Below are positions 35,053-49,174 of a stretch of DNA of 64,000 bases, in pieces. A program made the position numbers and the translations under genes. The DNA is taken from contig NC_081391.1 of the NCBI RefSeq assembly GCF_030684315.1, positions 13,617,342 to 13,681,341 of the forward strand, given 5' to 3'. The notes beneath the pieces were generated by a model, which saw only the letters and a program-made list of their open reading frames with translations, was not told where the DNA came from and searched no databases. How positions within the stretch are numbered: the stretch's first letter is position 1; each line of letters opens with the position of its first letter. Source of the stretch: Stegostoma tigrinum. Lineage: Eukaryota.

Positions 35053-37578
35053 TGTGGCCTGGAGTACTGTCTGCTTGTCTGAATGCATTCCCCACTTCAC
35101 CCTGGCCAATCTGTCTCTCTCCAGGGAGAAAGGACTTTGAGCAAAGAATGTAATGGCTGTACCAGCCGAATGGAAATGAATAAAATGATCTCTTGTTCTC
35201 AGTTACTGTGCATCATTTTGAGACCACTGATACCTCTTTGGTCAAGCAAGCTTTCTTGCCTCACTTCACCACTGCTTTTCCCCAAACCCCTGTGGACAGA
35301 CTCCAGGCCTATGGGAGCCAGTTGGGGTTCAAATGGGGCCTGTGACCGACCCTGATGACAACCATCAACTAGTGGCCCTGCTGACCAGTTCACTTTGTCA
35401 CTGAAGTCTGCTGCTCCTCCCAGGGGACCTTGGGTTTTCTAAACTTTCTTGGTTCACTGCATAGATTTGTTTTTCCCCCAGAAGGAATCCAAAATTCCTT
35501 CAAGTGGCTTCCTCAGTTTGTTGCTTTCTTTCCTCCGCCCAGGGCTCAGGCCCTCCCCATAACTGGAAGTCCACCAGCCCTGAGCTGGGGGAAATTCAGC
35601 CCAAACATTCTGAACAGTCACATTCCAGAGAATCATCTCCAGATTCTCTGGGGCTACTTGATTGATAGTGGATGCTCTTTATACCATAAATACAAGGATT
35701 GGTGACCTGGGGCTTGGATGATTGCCCATGGTTCAAAATACTCACATTTGGTTTATGCTTGCAGCTACAACTGGCCTCTGACTGTTGAAGGGTTTGTACA
35801 AAAAGCTTCTACCTTGGTTCTTGGAACCTTTCCATGGGCTGATGAAATTTTTTTTGACCCAGTGAGGGAGCAGGGATTTCTGGGGAAGATGGGGGCTGTC
35901 TCCTTCAGTCAAGATGCCTGGACATGCTGATTTTCCTGTACAGCTGTTTCCTTGATCATTCAAGGTGTCTGATCATGGGTTAGGGAGGGGGTGATCAGAG
36001 ACAGCCCGGAGATTATCTTGAGTTTTGGCACAAGTGCACACTGTAGCCTTAGGAAGAGTGTGGGTCATTAAGGTACTGAATAGATTTGTTCCATCACAAA
36101 AATCCTTGTTGTTTGGCCCAGTCTCTATCCTTGGTGATAGAATCCCTGCTCTCTGGCAAGAGGCCATTTGACCCAGGTAGCATCAACCTTCTGACCAGAA
36201 TCCTGCTCAGTCCCACCCCAGTCCTTTAACCCTGTGTCTTCCCCATGGCTAATCCAGCTTGCCCCTTGTCAATATCACCAACTTAGCATTCCCTATCCAC
36301 TTGACCAGCAAATAGTTCAGATGGTGGGTGGGAAACCAAACAGACACTGTAAATGTACAAACTCCCCAGGGTGCCCTAAGGCTGTAATAAATCCCATGTC
36401 GCTGTGAGGTAAGTGTTCGCTACTGAGACACTGTCTGACCCGAAAGTACCGAACAAAGGAATATGCTGTTGCATACTGTCAGAGTCCTACAGCAGAGATA
36501 CAGGTTGTTTGGCTCAAACCGTCCAGGTCGAGCAGTGTTCCAAATCTGAACTAGTTGTGTTTGCCCCATATCCCTCAACCAGTCCTTTCCCTGGAAATCA
36601 CCAAATGTCTTTTAACAACTGCAATTGCACCTACTTCTCGTGCTTTATGTAGCCACTCATTCTTGACATAAACCATTTTCTGTGGGGCAAAGCTGTTCTT
36701 CAGCTTCCCTCCCTCTCCACCCCCCTTCCCCCCCCCCCCAAACACCACATGCCTGTGTGTGAAAACATTACCCCTACCACCCCTAGTTTTGGACTCCACG
36801 ACCCTGTCCCAGCATGCTTACTGTATGCAGTCAATCGTGAGTCTGCCAAGGGCAAGGCCACATTTAGTGCTCAGCAAGTGTTACACTTCAGGAGGTGGTG
36901 ATGAGCTGGTCATTACAGTCCCCCTGGTGTAGGAGAGACCGGAATGATAATGCTGCCGAGGAAGGGCTTCTGGGATTTTCATTCGCAAACAGGAATATTT
37001 TCCCAAGTCAGGATGGTGACAGACTTAAATGGAGCTCCATTGCGTGTTGTTGGTGCTGCCTCCAGCCAGAACATTGAAAACTGTTCCAGCATTACTCACT
37101 CCGAACTTCAGTCTTATTGATGGTGGACCGGCTTTGGAAAGTTAGAAGTTGTGTAATCACAACAGAATTCCCTGCCTCTGACTTCCCAATTTTTGAGTTG
37201 TTCACTCTACAGAATGCAATGAAAACTGTAACAGATACTGTCACCTTGGAAACATGCTGGCGTTAAGCGCTGATTCAACTTCAACAATGAAAAACCAAAC
37301 ATGGAGACAGAAATGTTCAACGTGCGATACGTTTCTAGCAGCACCTGAGACACAGAACCCTGCGGCCTACTGTGTATAAGAGGCACTCAGCACATTTAGC
37401 ATCTTGCTTTTCAAACTGGGCTTCATGCGACCCTAAGTCACGCTGATCACAGCAGATTCAGAATGGATCTACAAAGGACATCGGTTGCCTGTATCAGACG
37501 ATCCAAAAGCACGTTATTCTGTTGCTGCACAGAAATAGGAAAATGTTCATATCAACCAAATCAGGGCATTTTACAAAG

Positions 37579-39010
37579 ATGAGGATTGCAAATGTGGTTC
37601 CCCTGTGCAAGAAGGGGAGTAGAGACAACCCTGGTAATTGTAGACCAGTCAGCCTTACCTCAGTTGTTGGGAAAGTGTTGAAAAAGGTTATAAGGGATAG
37701 GATTTATAATTATCTAGAAAAGAATAAATTGGTTAGGGATAGTCAGCACGGTTTTGTGAAGGGAAGGTCGTGCCTCACAAACCTTATTGAGTTCTTTCAG
37801 AAGGTGAGCAAACAGGTATTTGAGAGTAAACCGGTTGATGTGGTGCATATGGATTTCAGCAAGTCGTTCGATTAGGTTCGCCACAGTAGGCTATTGTGCA
37901 AAATGCGGAGGAATGGAATTGTGGGAGATATAGCAGTTTGGATCGGAAATTGGCTTGCTGAAAGAAGACAGAGGGTGGTAGTTGATGGGAAATGTTCATC
38001 CTGGAGACCAGTTACTAGTGGTGTACTGCAAGGGTCGGTGTTGGGTCCACTGCTGTTTGTCATTTTTATAAATGACCTGGATGAGTTTGTAGAAGGATGG
38101 GTTAGTAAATTTGCAGACGACACTAAGGTCAGTGGAGTTGTGGACAGTGACGAAGGATGCTGTAGGTCGCAGAGAGACATAGATAAGCTGCAGAGCTGGG
38201 CTGAGAAGTGGCAAATGGAGTTTAATGCAGACAGGTGTGAGGTGATGCACTTTTGTAGGAGTAACTGGAAGGCAAAGTACAGGGCTAATGGTAAGATTCT
38301 TGGTGGTGTAGATGAGCAGAGAGATCTCGGTGTCCATGTACACAGATCCTTGAAAGTTGCCACCCAGGTTGACAGGGTGGTTGAGAAGGCATACAATGTT
38401 TTGGCTTTTATTAATAGAGGGATTGAGTTCCAGAACCAAGAGGTTATGGCGAAGCTGTACAAAACTCTGGTTAGGCCGCACTTGGAGTATTGTGTACAGT
38501 TCTGGTCACCCCATTATAAGAAGGATGTAGAAGCTTTGGAAAGGGTGCAGAGGAGATTTACTAGGATGTTGCCTGGTATGGAGGGAAGGTCTTAAGAGGA
38601 AATGCTGAGGGACTTGAGGCTGTTTTCATTCGAGAGAAGAAGGCTGAGAGGTGACTTAATTGAAACATATGAAATAATTAGAGGGTTGGATAAGGAGAGC
38701 CTTTTTCCTAGGATGGTGACAGCGAGCACGAGGGGGCATTGCTTTAAATTGAGGTGTGAACGATATAGGACAGATTTCAGAGGTAGTTTCTCTACTCAGA
38801 GTAGTGAGGGAATGGAACGCTTTGCCTGCAACGGTCGTAGATTCGCCAACTTTAGGTACATTTGAGTCGTCATTGGACGAGCATCTGGACGTACATGGAA
38901 TAGTGTAGGTTAGATGGGCTTCATATCGGTATGACTGGTCGGCACAACATCGAGGGCCGAAGGGCCTGTACTGTGCTGTAATGTTCTATGTTTTATGTTC
39001 TATATTCTAT
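37579..39010 (+). mobile_element. 5'-truncated CR1-clade LINE (duplicate of 2931-4391)
   Basis: Same RT motifs, same two stops, same junctions. Confidence 0.95.
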
Positions 39011-39194
39011 GGCTCCAACACCAATGTTCAAAAGTTATGACGACTATTCCCTCAGATTAACAATCCGACGAAATTGTGCAAATCTGTGATGACTGAGTCT
39101 TAATGCACAACCTCAGATACACAAGTGAAGGTTTAGAGTATATTTTATTGTCATTTTCTGGCAAATACATTTACAGAATGTGCACTTGTACAGG

Positions 39195-39382
39195 AGGTCA
39201 AAGGTCATTCAGCAATTCCATCATCGACCAGTTGTCAACTGTGTTTCGTTTCTGGATCCAGTTCCCATCCTGCACTGATTGGACGTGGCAGCTGATCAAC
39301 TGATCATCAAGAGTGATTGGCCATCACTGATGATGTCATTTCCTGCTTCATAAAAAGAGGGTCTGCCCCTGGGGTATAAATA
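39195..39382 (+). promoter_or_regulatory. Promoter of F5
   Basis: Perfect DR1 39195-39207, two inverted CCAAT boxes, ACGTG, TATAAATA 39375-39382. Confidence 0.75.
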
Positions 39383-39467
39383 GAGTCCCACGGGAATGAT
39401 GTTGATTGTTCTTCCTAATTTTGTTATTTTGGTGGTGAGGAAAATAAAAGAAATTTATTGTCACAAG

Positions 39468-42400
39468 ATGGCCTCCCAGATCAGTCAGAACTATCACCAG
39501 GATTGTGAAGCTGCTGTCAACAAGCAGATTAATGTGGAGCTCACTGCCTCCTATCTCTATCAGTCTTTGGTGAGTGCTGTCTCTCGGGGTTAAACATATA
39601 AATCTGTTCTGTTGAAGTAAATTCTTTGCCTGGCCTCTAGTGAAGCTGACAATCTAGTAGATTGAGGTTTTGTGGCTCCTACCTAAATATCAGTTCAGGA
39701 TAGAGGTGGTGTTACTATCACGATGGTGTAGGATACTGATGTATGTTAACTCAGGTCCCAGTTGGCCTTCAGTGGTATCTGGAGGGTAAAAGCCTCTTGC
39801 TTTTTTTTTCTTTCTGACACAAGTTTCCTGACTTCATTTGCCTGATCTCTGTGGTGGTCCTAAACAAACATGCTGATTTTTTTTAACACTGACAATAACA
39901 ATAGCTTCCCTGTTGCAGTGGCCCTTGTTAGTCTGAAAAAACCTGAGGCAAGTCTGTGACTGGTATCTATTTTATGTGGATCTCCTTCATTGAGGCTGAC
40001 TTGGCTTTACTTGTATTTATTGAAGATGTGGGTGTGGCCTATCCCGTTCCTACTGAGAGTTGATCTGCCGTGTGTGAGAAATGTTGGATCCCCTCTCTGC
40101 CCCCTCTCCTCCCCACCCCACCCCACACTGGGGCTGCGGGAATGTGCTGAGGCTATTAGCCCAGTGACATTGAAGAAATGGAGGTTGTTCCCATATCACT
40201 TAGCTTGACCTAAAACAAAATGTCCCCTCTATCCCGGTGGTGATGTGACTGTGCCCTTCCAAGGAGTAGAATGTGCTTGGAAGGTATGTGTTGAAGTAAC
40301 CTTGGTGAGTGCTGCAGGGGACCTGGTCGGTCATGGACCCTGAAAGGAGGTGGTGAATGCAGTCCCCATGAAGTGGGCTGCCCTGTCCTGGATGGTGTCT
40401 GCTTCTTGCATGTTGTAGTTCCCCTTCTACAGACACATGGGGAATATTCATCTCTCTCTGGGCTTGTGCCTATTGGAAGGAAGTTGTCTTGTAATGAGGA
40501 CTAAGTCCCTATAAGCCTCACTTGGGAGGTGGGACTGCTTTATTGGTGAGCCAGTTGGTGGGGTTTTATCACTGTGTCCCAACTCTATTGGCACATGCTT
40601 CCCAAGGATAAAATCCCGACTATCTTCTGCCACAACTTGTAACTACCCACTGAAACCACAGATATTTGCTTGCCTGACTGTGGTTTTTGGATTTGAGGAT
40701 TAAAGTAACTTTTCAGGAGTCCTTCCCCAGAATGTAATTCTTAGCTGATGCTTCCAATAGCGAGCATTAGCTCTTAAACCCTTACATCGAATTGTGAACA
40801 TGACAGTTTAGATATGAGTCACATGGGCTGAAAACCTACAGGATTTTTTGCCTGTTTGGGCAAAGTCAGGGCAAGTGTTTTTCCAGGTTACTGTTTTCAC
40901 TAGTGACGTTATGTACAGGCCACTAATATTTGACATTTGATCATTTGTTTTGCAATTTGTTTCAGTCATGTGACTTAGTGCAAGTTTTTGACAGCCTGAG
41001 TTTGCACTATTTAGGCAGAGCAATAACCCACTGCTGCAACGATCCAAAGGCTGTTACTGGGCAGGCTTTCCTCGGCATTATCTTAGTGCCAAACTCCATA
41101 CTGGAGACAGCACACCTTTGTAGAGTTCATGTGTACACTTACATCACAATCTCATTGATCCTGGATTTGCAGAAAACATGCTCCCTACCAGTCGTTGACT
41201 ACAGCAGGGTTTCAACATCTTTTTTTCCAGTTTTCCCCAAAGGCAAAACATAGTACCTTGCGTCTTGTAGTTGAGGACTGGAATGGGGAGTGAGCCAGTG
41301 ATGTCTGATGTAATTTTAACTTGATCTTCCAGATGTCCTACTTTGACCAGGACGATGTTGCCCTCGCCCATTTCTCCCGGTTCTTCAAAGATCAGTCCCA
41401 GGAGAAGCGGGAACATGCAGAAAAGCTGCTGAAATTCCAGAATCAGCGTGGAGGCCGAGTCCTCCTCCAGGATGTGAAGGTTGGGGTTGGGTGGTGGGGG
41501 AGTGCAGGGGGGAATGGCTGCTCTTGCGGTGTCATCTCCAGTGACAAGATTTTCAGATCCTGAGCGAGTGTGAGAAGTTCTTTTACTTGGCTTCCCTGTT
41601 TGCTCTCCTCCATCTCCAGTGTTTCAGCATTTATGCAAGCCCTCTGGTCCACCAGGCCTATGCTGACCCAGCAAAGACCGAACTGTACTCACCCTGTTCT
41701 TGGTCCAGGCCCTACTATACCCTAGTGTTTAGCACTCGCCCAGCTAGTCCTTTAAACAGTGCTGCAGTAGCCATTTCCAGCACTTCGTTCCTCCGTTCCC
41801 CAACACACCCACCAAATTTCCTCCAATCCCCTCTATCCTGCTTCCTCAAACCTGTGCCCTCTGGTCTTCGTGTCTGCCATGGGGAAGACATTTTCCCCAT
41901 CTACTGTCCAGACTTCCTTGTCTTCCATCAAACAACCACCTCAGCCTCACCTGCTCAAAGGAAAACCCCCAGCCCATCCAATCTCTCTCCTCAATGGATT
42001 TTCTGTCTTGGGGAAACAACCTGGGGACCCTCACCAGCACCCCCTGCAGTACCATCCTGTCCTTCTGACCAGTGAGGCCAACGATAGAATGCAGCAGAGA
42101 CCGGAAGAACAATTTTCATAAAATGTGTTCAAAGGACTTGTCCCTGTGCTGTTCCTCACAACCCTGCCCCAAACTAACACATGTTACTTGGCCTATGTTC
42201 CCTTTCACACACAGTTTGCCTTGTGTGAGCATTGAGGGATCGATGATCCTGTGTTTATTGTAAGCACATTACTGCCCCCGACAATGAATTCAAGTAATGA
42301 TGGTTCTGACCATGCTGCTCGGGCATGTATGAGGCCACAAGCACAAGTGAGACTTGAACCTCAGCCTTGTCAACTGGAGCTTGGGACATGACCGCTACTT

Positions 42401-43632
42401 CCCCCACAGCCCGTGGGATTCACTCCTGAATATCCTTTTTAAGACTCCAGCTGATGGACACTGGTGCAAATGACTAATCTGGTACATATTTATTCCCTGT
42501 GGTACAAGGATACGTTCCTGAGCTTCCGGCTTCAGGTCAAGGATAAATGGGGCAAGGTGAAAGGAGTCACCAAGTAGCTAATGCTTTCTTTATCTGGACT
42601 TCAGGGATGGCACAGTGGCTCAGTGGTTGGCACTGTTGACACAGTGCCAGGGGCACCAGTTTGGTTCTGGCCTGTGACGAGAATTTAAACGTTATCCCAA
42701 AGCATGGCTTCCCCACACAGTAGAAAAGAGGATTGGCAACTTGAAATGCAGGTTACACGAACAGGGTGGGAATGGGACCAGATGGGATGCTCTTCAGCAG
42801 TTATGGTCTCAATGGGGTGAATGGCCAGCTCCCATGCTGCAGGGATTCTGTTTCTGAAGCTTACCTGTCCTTCTCTCCATCCCCAGAAGCCAGAGAGGGA
42901 CGAGTGGGGTAACAGCCTGCAGGCAATGCAGGTTGCCCTGGATCTGGAGAAGAATGTGAACCAGAGTTTGCTGGATCTACACCAACTCGCCACAGCCCAG
43001 ACTGACCCTCATGTAAGCTTCACCTCCTCATTCACATCACTGCTAGACTCTCAGGGTCATGTTTCATTGGTTGGTCTGTGTGGATTGGAAATTCACTGAT
43101 GTAACACTTTCCATCCATTACTTTCCTGAACTATTGTAACATTGATCACTTGGGATCATACTGATTACAATGAGTTAAAAGGGGAATTTGATCTCTAATC
43201 TAGTGGAAGTGCTGAAATGACGTTGGCCATTGAGTTCTTCATTCGTATCATTGCAGTGGAATGATCATTGTCCATCACAATCCAACTCAGCTCCATTTCA
43301 CAAACAGCAAGATGGAGCAGCTGACATGTTGTCCTCACTGGCACAAATTCTCCAGGTGTTAGCTCGCTTTTCAGGGCTGTCCAGAGCTAGTCATGGCTAA
43401 GTCTGTCTTGCAGTGGGAATTCTGAAATTGTCTTGGATAGTATAAATGTACCAAGTGTCATATTCCTCTGTTGCAGCTGTGTGACTTCCTGGAGACTCAC
43501 TATTTGGATGAGGAGGTGGAGATCATCAAGCAACTCGGGGACTACATCACCAACCTGAAGCGCCTGGGAGCCCCTGAGAATGGGATGGGAGAGTACCTGT
43601 TTGACAGGCTCTCCCTGGAGGACAGCAGTTAG
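39468..43632 (+). CDS. Ferritin subunit copy F5, intact; exons 39468-39569, 41333-41479, 42887-43012, 43477-43632
   Basis: Open 531-nt spliced frame and near-identical duplicate of F1. Exon 2 [31 protein letters not shown]... Confidence 0.95.
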
Positions 43633-45292
43633 TGTGGCCTGGAGTACGGTCTGAATGCATTCCCTACTTCACCCTGGGCAATCTGTCTCCTTCCAGGGAG
43701 AAGGGGCTTGGAGCAAACCATGTAATGGCTGTACCAGCTGAATGGAAATGAATACAATGTATTGATGTTGCTTATTGTCCATCATTGAGACCCTTGATAT
43801 TAAAGAGCTTTTGAGAGCTTCAAGCCTGTAATTTTGGCTAATGAAATTATTAATTTGACAAAATATTTCCCTGGTCTTCCCTCCAGCACCACCCCAGCAT
43901 CAGTCTCGGAATTCCCGTGGAACTTCCTCTAAGTTAGGAACCCAAGTTATTCCTCCACCCAGAACTTGAGGTTGGGGCCTGTGGGGTATAAAATCAGTTT
44001 GTACTATTATCTCACACCCAGGTATGATGAATACAGGTGCAGTTAAAATTTTCATTGCTCTCAAAAGAGAAAACACCCTTGCTTGGCTGAAAGAAAGACT
44101 TGACACCCACTTTCACTGAAACAGGGCTGTTGGATGCTTTATGTTCATGTCTAGTTTGCTTAGCAATAGCTTCCCTGTCAATCTCCACCAACCGAGACTT
44201 ATTGCTAAAATCCACACAAATCACAAGTTGATGCCAACGTAAATTCTGTGCGAGCTGGCTCAGCTTGCCTCAAAACGAGCTTAAGGGAAGAGATCCAGCA
44301 GCGTCCCCCCTCTAGCCTTGTGGAGGAACCAGCAATGCTGGGAGCAATAATATTAAACGTAGCAACTGGGATCTGACTCACCTGGTCTATTCTATTCAAA
44401 TCAATGTTATTACTTTTTCCTGACAGTGCATCCTAGATTCACTCAGACCCAGTTGAGGTTCAAGCCAAGACCAGCCCTGTGGCCTCCTGACCCCCACCAC
44501 CAACTGCCTGCCTCAGGACAGCCATCAGCAGTTGCTCACAATGACCAGTTCATTTGTTCCTTCGCCTGAGGAACGTGCGCTGCTCTCCCAGGCGATATGG
44601 ATTAAATCCCCATTGTAGCTCGACAAGAAAGCTCACACTGGGGGAACCATTTCCCAGGAGTAATCCAAAGCTGTCCTAATGTGGCTTTGCTCCATTTACT
44701 TCCTTGCTCTCTGCCAAGTCTTGGTCAAAAACCCCACCACGCCTAGTAATAAACTTTAGGCCTGCCAGCCAAGAGATGGGAATATTCAGCACAAGTCTGC
44801 TTGAAAAAATTCACCTGAACTGGATGCGCTTAATGGCACCGACAGCAGGATAACAGTGACCTGGGAATGACACAGCAACGCTCCTGGTTAAATGCTGCCA
44901 TTTGATTGGCTCTTGCTGCTGAAGCCTGCTTTGAGCGCACTCAGCTGCTCCCTTGGTCCCTCTGAGCTTCCCCCACGGGGAGGGTTACTCCTGATGCAGG
45001 TTGATTTCACCCGATCACATTGAAGGAGCAGTGTGACTCAGGGAGGAGACCTGCAGATGCTGACCTTCCTGAATGGCTGCTTCCTTTATCTTTCGAGGTG
45101 TCAGAGATCGTGGTTTAGGGAGGGGGCTATCAGAGACATCCTGGGGAATGTTTCAGGGAGTTTTGTAGCGAGTGCACACTGCAGCCTTCACTGAGGGTGT
45201 GGGTCTTTAAGGCACTGAATGTATTTGTTCCACCACGTAGAGTTTTATTTTAAACCATCTTGAGTCTTGGGTGTAGAATCCCTGCAGTGCGG

Positions 45293-45415
45293 GAAGAGGT
45301 TGTTCAGCCCATTTAGTCTGCACTGATCCTCTGAAGAAGTTGTTCAGCCCATTTAGTCTGCACTGATCCTCTGAAGAAGTTGTTCAGCCCATTTAGTCTG
45401 CACTGATCCTCTGAA
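45293..45415 (+). repeat. Tandem repeat, 3 x 40 bp
   Basis: Unit gaagaagttgttcagcccatttagtctgcactgatcctct starts at 45293, 45333 and 45373. Confidence 0.95.
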
Positions 45416-46406
45416 CAGCATCTTGTTCAGACACACCCTGCCTTCTTACGCCATCTTTCCCACGGCCAGTCCAAAATAAACTGCATGTCTTTGGACTGTG
45501 GGAGGAGGCCCACACGGGCACGGGGAGGATGTGCAGCCTCCACACGTGACTGGAATTGACCCCAGGTCCCTGGCACTATGAGGCAGTAATGCTGACCATT
45601 AAAATACCCTGCCATCCAAAAGTTACAAAAAACAGGAACACTCTGTTGCATAGAATTAGAGTGAATGACTCATTTCTTACGGAAACAGACCCTTCGGTCC
45701 TACCGGTCCATGCTGACGAGGTTTCCCAACCTGACATAGTCCCACTTGCCTGCCTTTGGCCCATATCCTTCTAAACCATGCCTTTCCATGTAAATCTCCA
45801 AATGTCACTTAAAATGTTGTAATTCTAACTACTTCCACCACTGTCTCTGACAGCTCGTTCTAAACATACACACCACCTTCTGTATGAAAATGTTGCCCCT
45901 CATGTCCCCATCAAATCTTACCCCTCTCCCCTCAAACCGATGCTCTCTAATTTTGGACCCCCCCCCCGACCCTGTCCCAGCATGCTTTTTATATACAGTC
46001 AATCTGGAGTGTGCCAATGGCAAGGCTACATTTAGTGCTCAGCAACTGTTACACTTCAGGAGGTGGTGATGAGCTGCTTATTACAGTCCACCTGGTGTAG
46101 GAGAGACCGGAATGATGCTGCTGCTGTTGCTGAGGAGGGACTTCTGGGATCTCCACTCACAAACACTGATATTATTCCAAGTGAGGATGGTGACGGATTT
46201 ACTTGGAGCTGCATCAGTGTCACTGGGGCGGCATTGAGCTGGAAAATTGCAAACTACTCCAGCATTATTCCCAACTTCAGTCTTATCGATGGTGGACAGA
46301 CTCTGGAAAGTCTGAAGTAGAGTTATTCACAACAGAATTCCCAGACTCTGACTTGGTCTCAAAGCCATGAGCACATGAATTAGGACTGACCTCTGCCCAT
46401 GGTTTC

Positions 46407-47842
46407 TTAGAAAATAGAACCTAGAACAGTGCAGCACAGTTCAGGCCCTTCAGCCCACGATGTTGTTTCGAACTTTTATCCTAAACCCAAGGCCTATCTC
46501 ACCTCCACTACCTTATACTTATCATCCATATGTTTATCTAATAGCCGCTTAATTGCCCCTAACGAGGCCGACTCCACGACACTCTCTGGCAATGCATTCC
46601 ACGCCCCAGCCACTCTCTGAGTAAAGAATCTACCTCTGACATCCACCCTATATCTACCTCCACTCACTTCAAAACTATGCCCCCTCATAATAGCTAACTC
46701 CATCCTAGGAAAAAGTCCCTGGCTGTCTAATCTGCCTATACTTATGATCATTTTGTACACCTCTATCAAGTCACCTCTCATCCTTTGTTCTGAAGAGAAA
46801 AGCCCTCGTTCTCTCAACCTTTCCTCCTAAGACCTTCCCTCCATTCCAAGCAACATTCTGGTAAATCTCCTCTGCACCTTTTCTAACACTTCCACATCTT
46901 TCCTGGAATGAGGTGACCAGAACTGGACACAATACTCCAGATGTGGCCGAACCAGGCTTTTGTACAGCTGGAGCATAACTTCACAGCTCTTGAAATCAAT
47001 CCCTCTATTAATGAAAGCTAACACACCACATGCCTTCTTAACAACTCTATCCACCTGACTGGCAGCTTTCAGGGAACTGTGGACATGAACCCCGAGATCC
47101 ATCTGCTCCTCCACACTGCCAAGAATCTTTCCGTTAACCCTGTATTCTGCTTTCAAATTTGTCCTTCCAAAATGAATCACTTCACGCTTTTCAGGGTTAA
47201 ACTCCGTCTGCCACTTCTCAGCCCCACTCAGTACCCTATCAATGTCCTTTTGTAACCTAGAACAGCACTCCACACTATCCACAAGTCAAATCACCTTCGT
47301 ATCTTCCAAAAACTTACTAATCCGCCATTCCACTCCTGCATCCAAATCATTTACCAATATCATAAATAAAAGAGGACCCCGAACAGACCCTTGAGGTACA
47401 CCACTCGTAACTGAGCGCCATGTTGAATATTTTCAGTCAACTGTCACCCATGTCTTCTATGGGTCAGCCAATTCTGAATCCAATCTGCCACGTTTCCCCT
47501 GTCGCATGCCTCCTGACTTTCTGCCCGAGCCTGCCATGGGGAACCTTATCAAACGCCTTACTTCAATCCATGTATCCCACATTCACTGATCTACCTTCAT
47601 CCACACGTTTGGTCATCCCTTCAAAGAATTCAATCAGATTTGTGAGGCATGATGTACGCCTCACAAATCCGCACTGGCCATCACAAATCATACTGTGCCC
47701 ATCCAAGTGATCATTAATTCTGTTTCTTACAGCCCTTCCCATTAATTTGCCCACCACTGGCATAAGACTAGCTGGCCTGTAATTTCCAGGGTTACCCCAT
47801 TCCCTTTTTTGAACACATGAATAATATTCACATTTGTCATTC
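46407..47842 (-). mobile_element. 5'-truncated CR1-clade LINE (more complete paralogue of 11213-12420)
   Basis: ORFs 47563-47844, 46827-47282 and 46494-46817 contain PGNYRP, SCLTNLIEFF and RPHLEYCVQFWSP. Confidence 0.94.
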
Positions 47843-48597
47843 AAAGCTAAAAGATAGCACTAGACTGCATCCTGCTTTTTGAAGCAGATATTGAGTGAAA
47901 GTAACTTGCTTCCACCAATCTGTACATCAGTGCTGTGATCATACTCGAACGTTCATTGGGGATCCTCAATTCCCAAAGCCTCACAGGCCACCAGTCCATG
48001 GGAGGCTGCTCCATTCAATGCAGTTGCTGAGCCATACATTCTACAGAATGTAATGTAAACAGGACCAGCAACTCTCCACTTGGAAACATGCTGGAGTTTA
48101 GCGCTCGATCTACTTCAAACAATTTAAAAGCAAACTTTGCGAAAGAAAGTTTGCATGTGCTATACATTTCCAGCAGCAATGTAGACAGGGAGGTGTGAGG
48201 TTTACTATGCAGGAGAGGCACTCAGCACATTTAGCACCTTGCTTTTCAAACTGCACTTCATGAACCCAACGTCAAGGAGATCACAGCAGATTCAGAATGG
48301 ATCCACAAAGGAATGAGCTTCCTGTATGAGGTAACCCAAAAGCACATTGTTTCTGTCGCTGCACAGCAATAAGAAAATGTTTACTGTTAACAAAATCTGG
48401 CCATTTTTCAATGGGCTCCAACGCTGTTATTCAACAAGTACAAAGACTAATCCCTCAGAGTAACAAACTGACAGAATTCTGCCAATCTGTGATGAGTGTG
48501 TCTTAAGATATAATCTCAGATACAATCGTGAACTTTTAGAGTATATTTTATTGTCATTTTCACAGAGAAATATTTCCAGAATTTGCACTTGTGCAGG

Positions 48598-48786
48598 AGG
48601 TCAAAGGTCATTCAGCAATTCCGTCATCGACCAGTTGTCAATTCTGATCGTTTTCTGGATCCAATTCCCATCCTGCACTGATTGGACGTGGCAGCTGATC
48701 AATTGATGAATGAGAGTGATTGGCCATCACTGATGATGTCATTTCCTGCTCAAGAAAACGAGGGGGCTGCTGCTCGAGTATAAAAA
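48598..48786 (+). promoter_or_regulatory. Promoter of F6
   Basis: Perfect DR1 48598-48610, two inverted CCAAT boxes, TATAAAAA 48779-48786. Confidence 0.65.
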
Positions 48787-48894
48787 ATGTCCCAAGAGTG
48801 TGATGTATGTGGTGTAGTTGATCATCTTTCCAAGTTTGTTCTTTGATTGTAGAGGAAAAGGAAAGGTTTCCCCCCCCCACCCCACCCCCACCCC

Positions 48895-49174
48895 NNNNNN
48901 NNNNNNNNNNNNNNNNNNNNNNNNNNNNNNNNNNNNNNNNNNNNNNNNNNNNNNNNNNNNNNNNNNNNNNNNNNNNNNNNNNNNNNNNNNNNNNNNNNNN
49001 NNNNNNNNNNNNNNNNNNNNNNNNNNNNNNNNNNNNNNNNNNNNNNNNNNNNNNNNNNNNNNNNNNNNNNNNNNNNNNNNNNNNNNNNNNNNNNNNNNNN
49101 NNNNNNNNNNNNNNNNNNNNNNNNNNNNNNNNNNNNNNNNNNNNNNNNNNNNNNNNNNNNNNNNNNNNNNNNNN
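48895..49174. other. Assembly gap (280 N) covering the start codon of F6
   Basis: Run of N. Sequence resumes at codon 5 (ATC AGT CAG) of exon 1. Confidence 0.99.

Larger units (their letters stand above)
34656..48750 (+). repeat. Higher-order segmental duplicate of 1..~13335 (offset ~34.65 kb)
   Basis: Position 1 (gaattctcattcaggg) aligns with 34656. The two segments are collinear through F1/F5 and both CR1 insertions. Confidence 0.93.

Noticed and set aside
45293-45415. CRISPR-like repeat
   Set aside because: Units are directly adjacent with no spacers, in a eukaryotic context.
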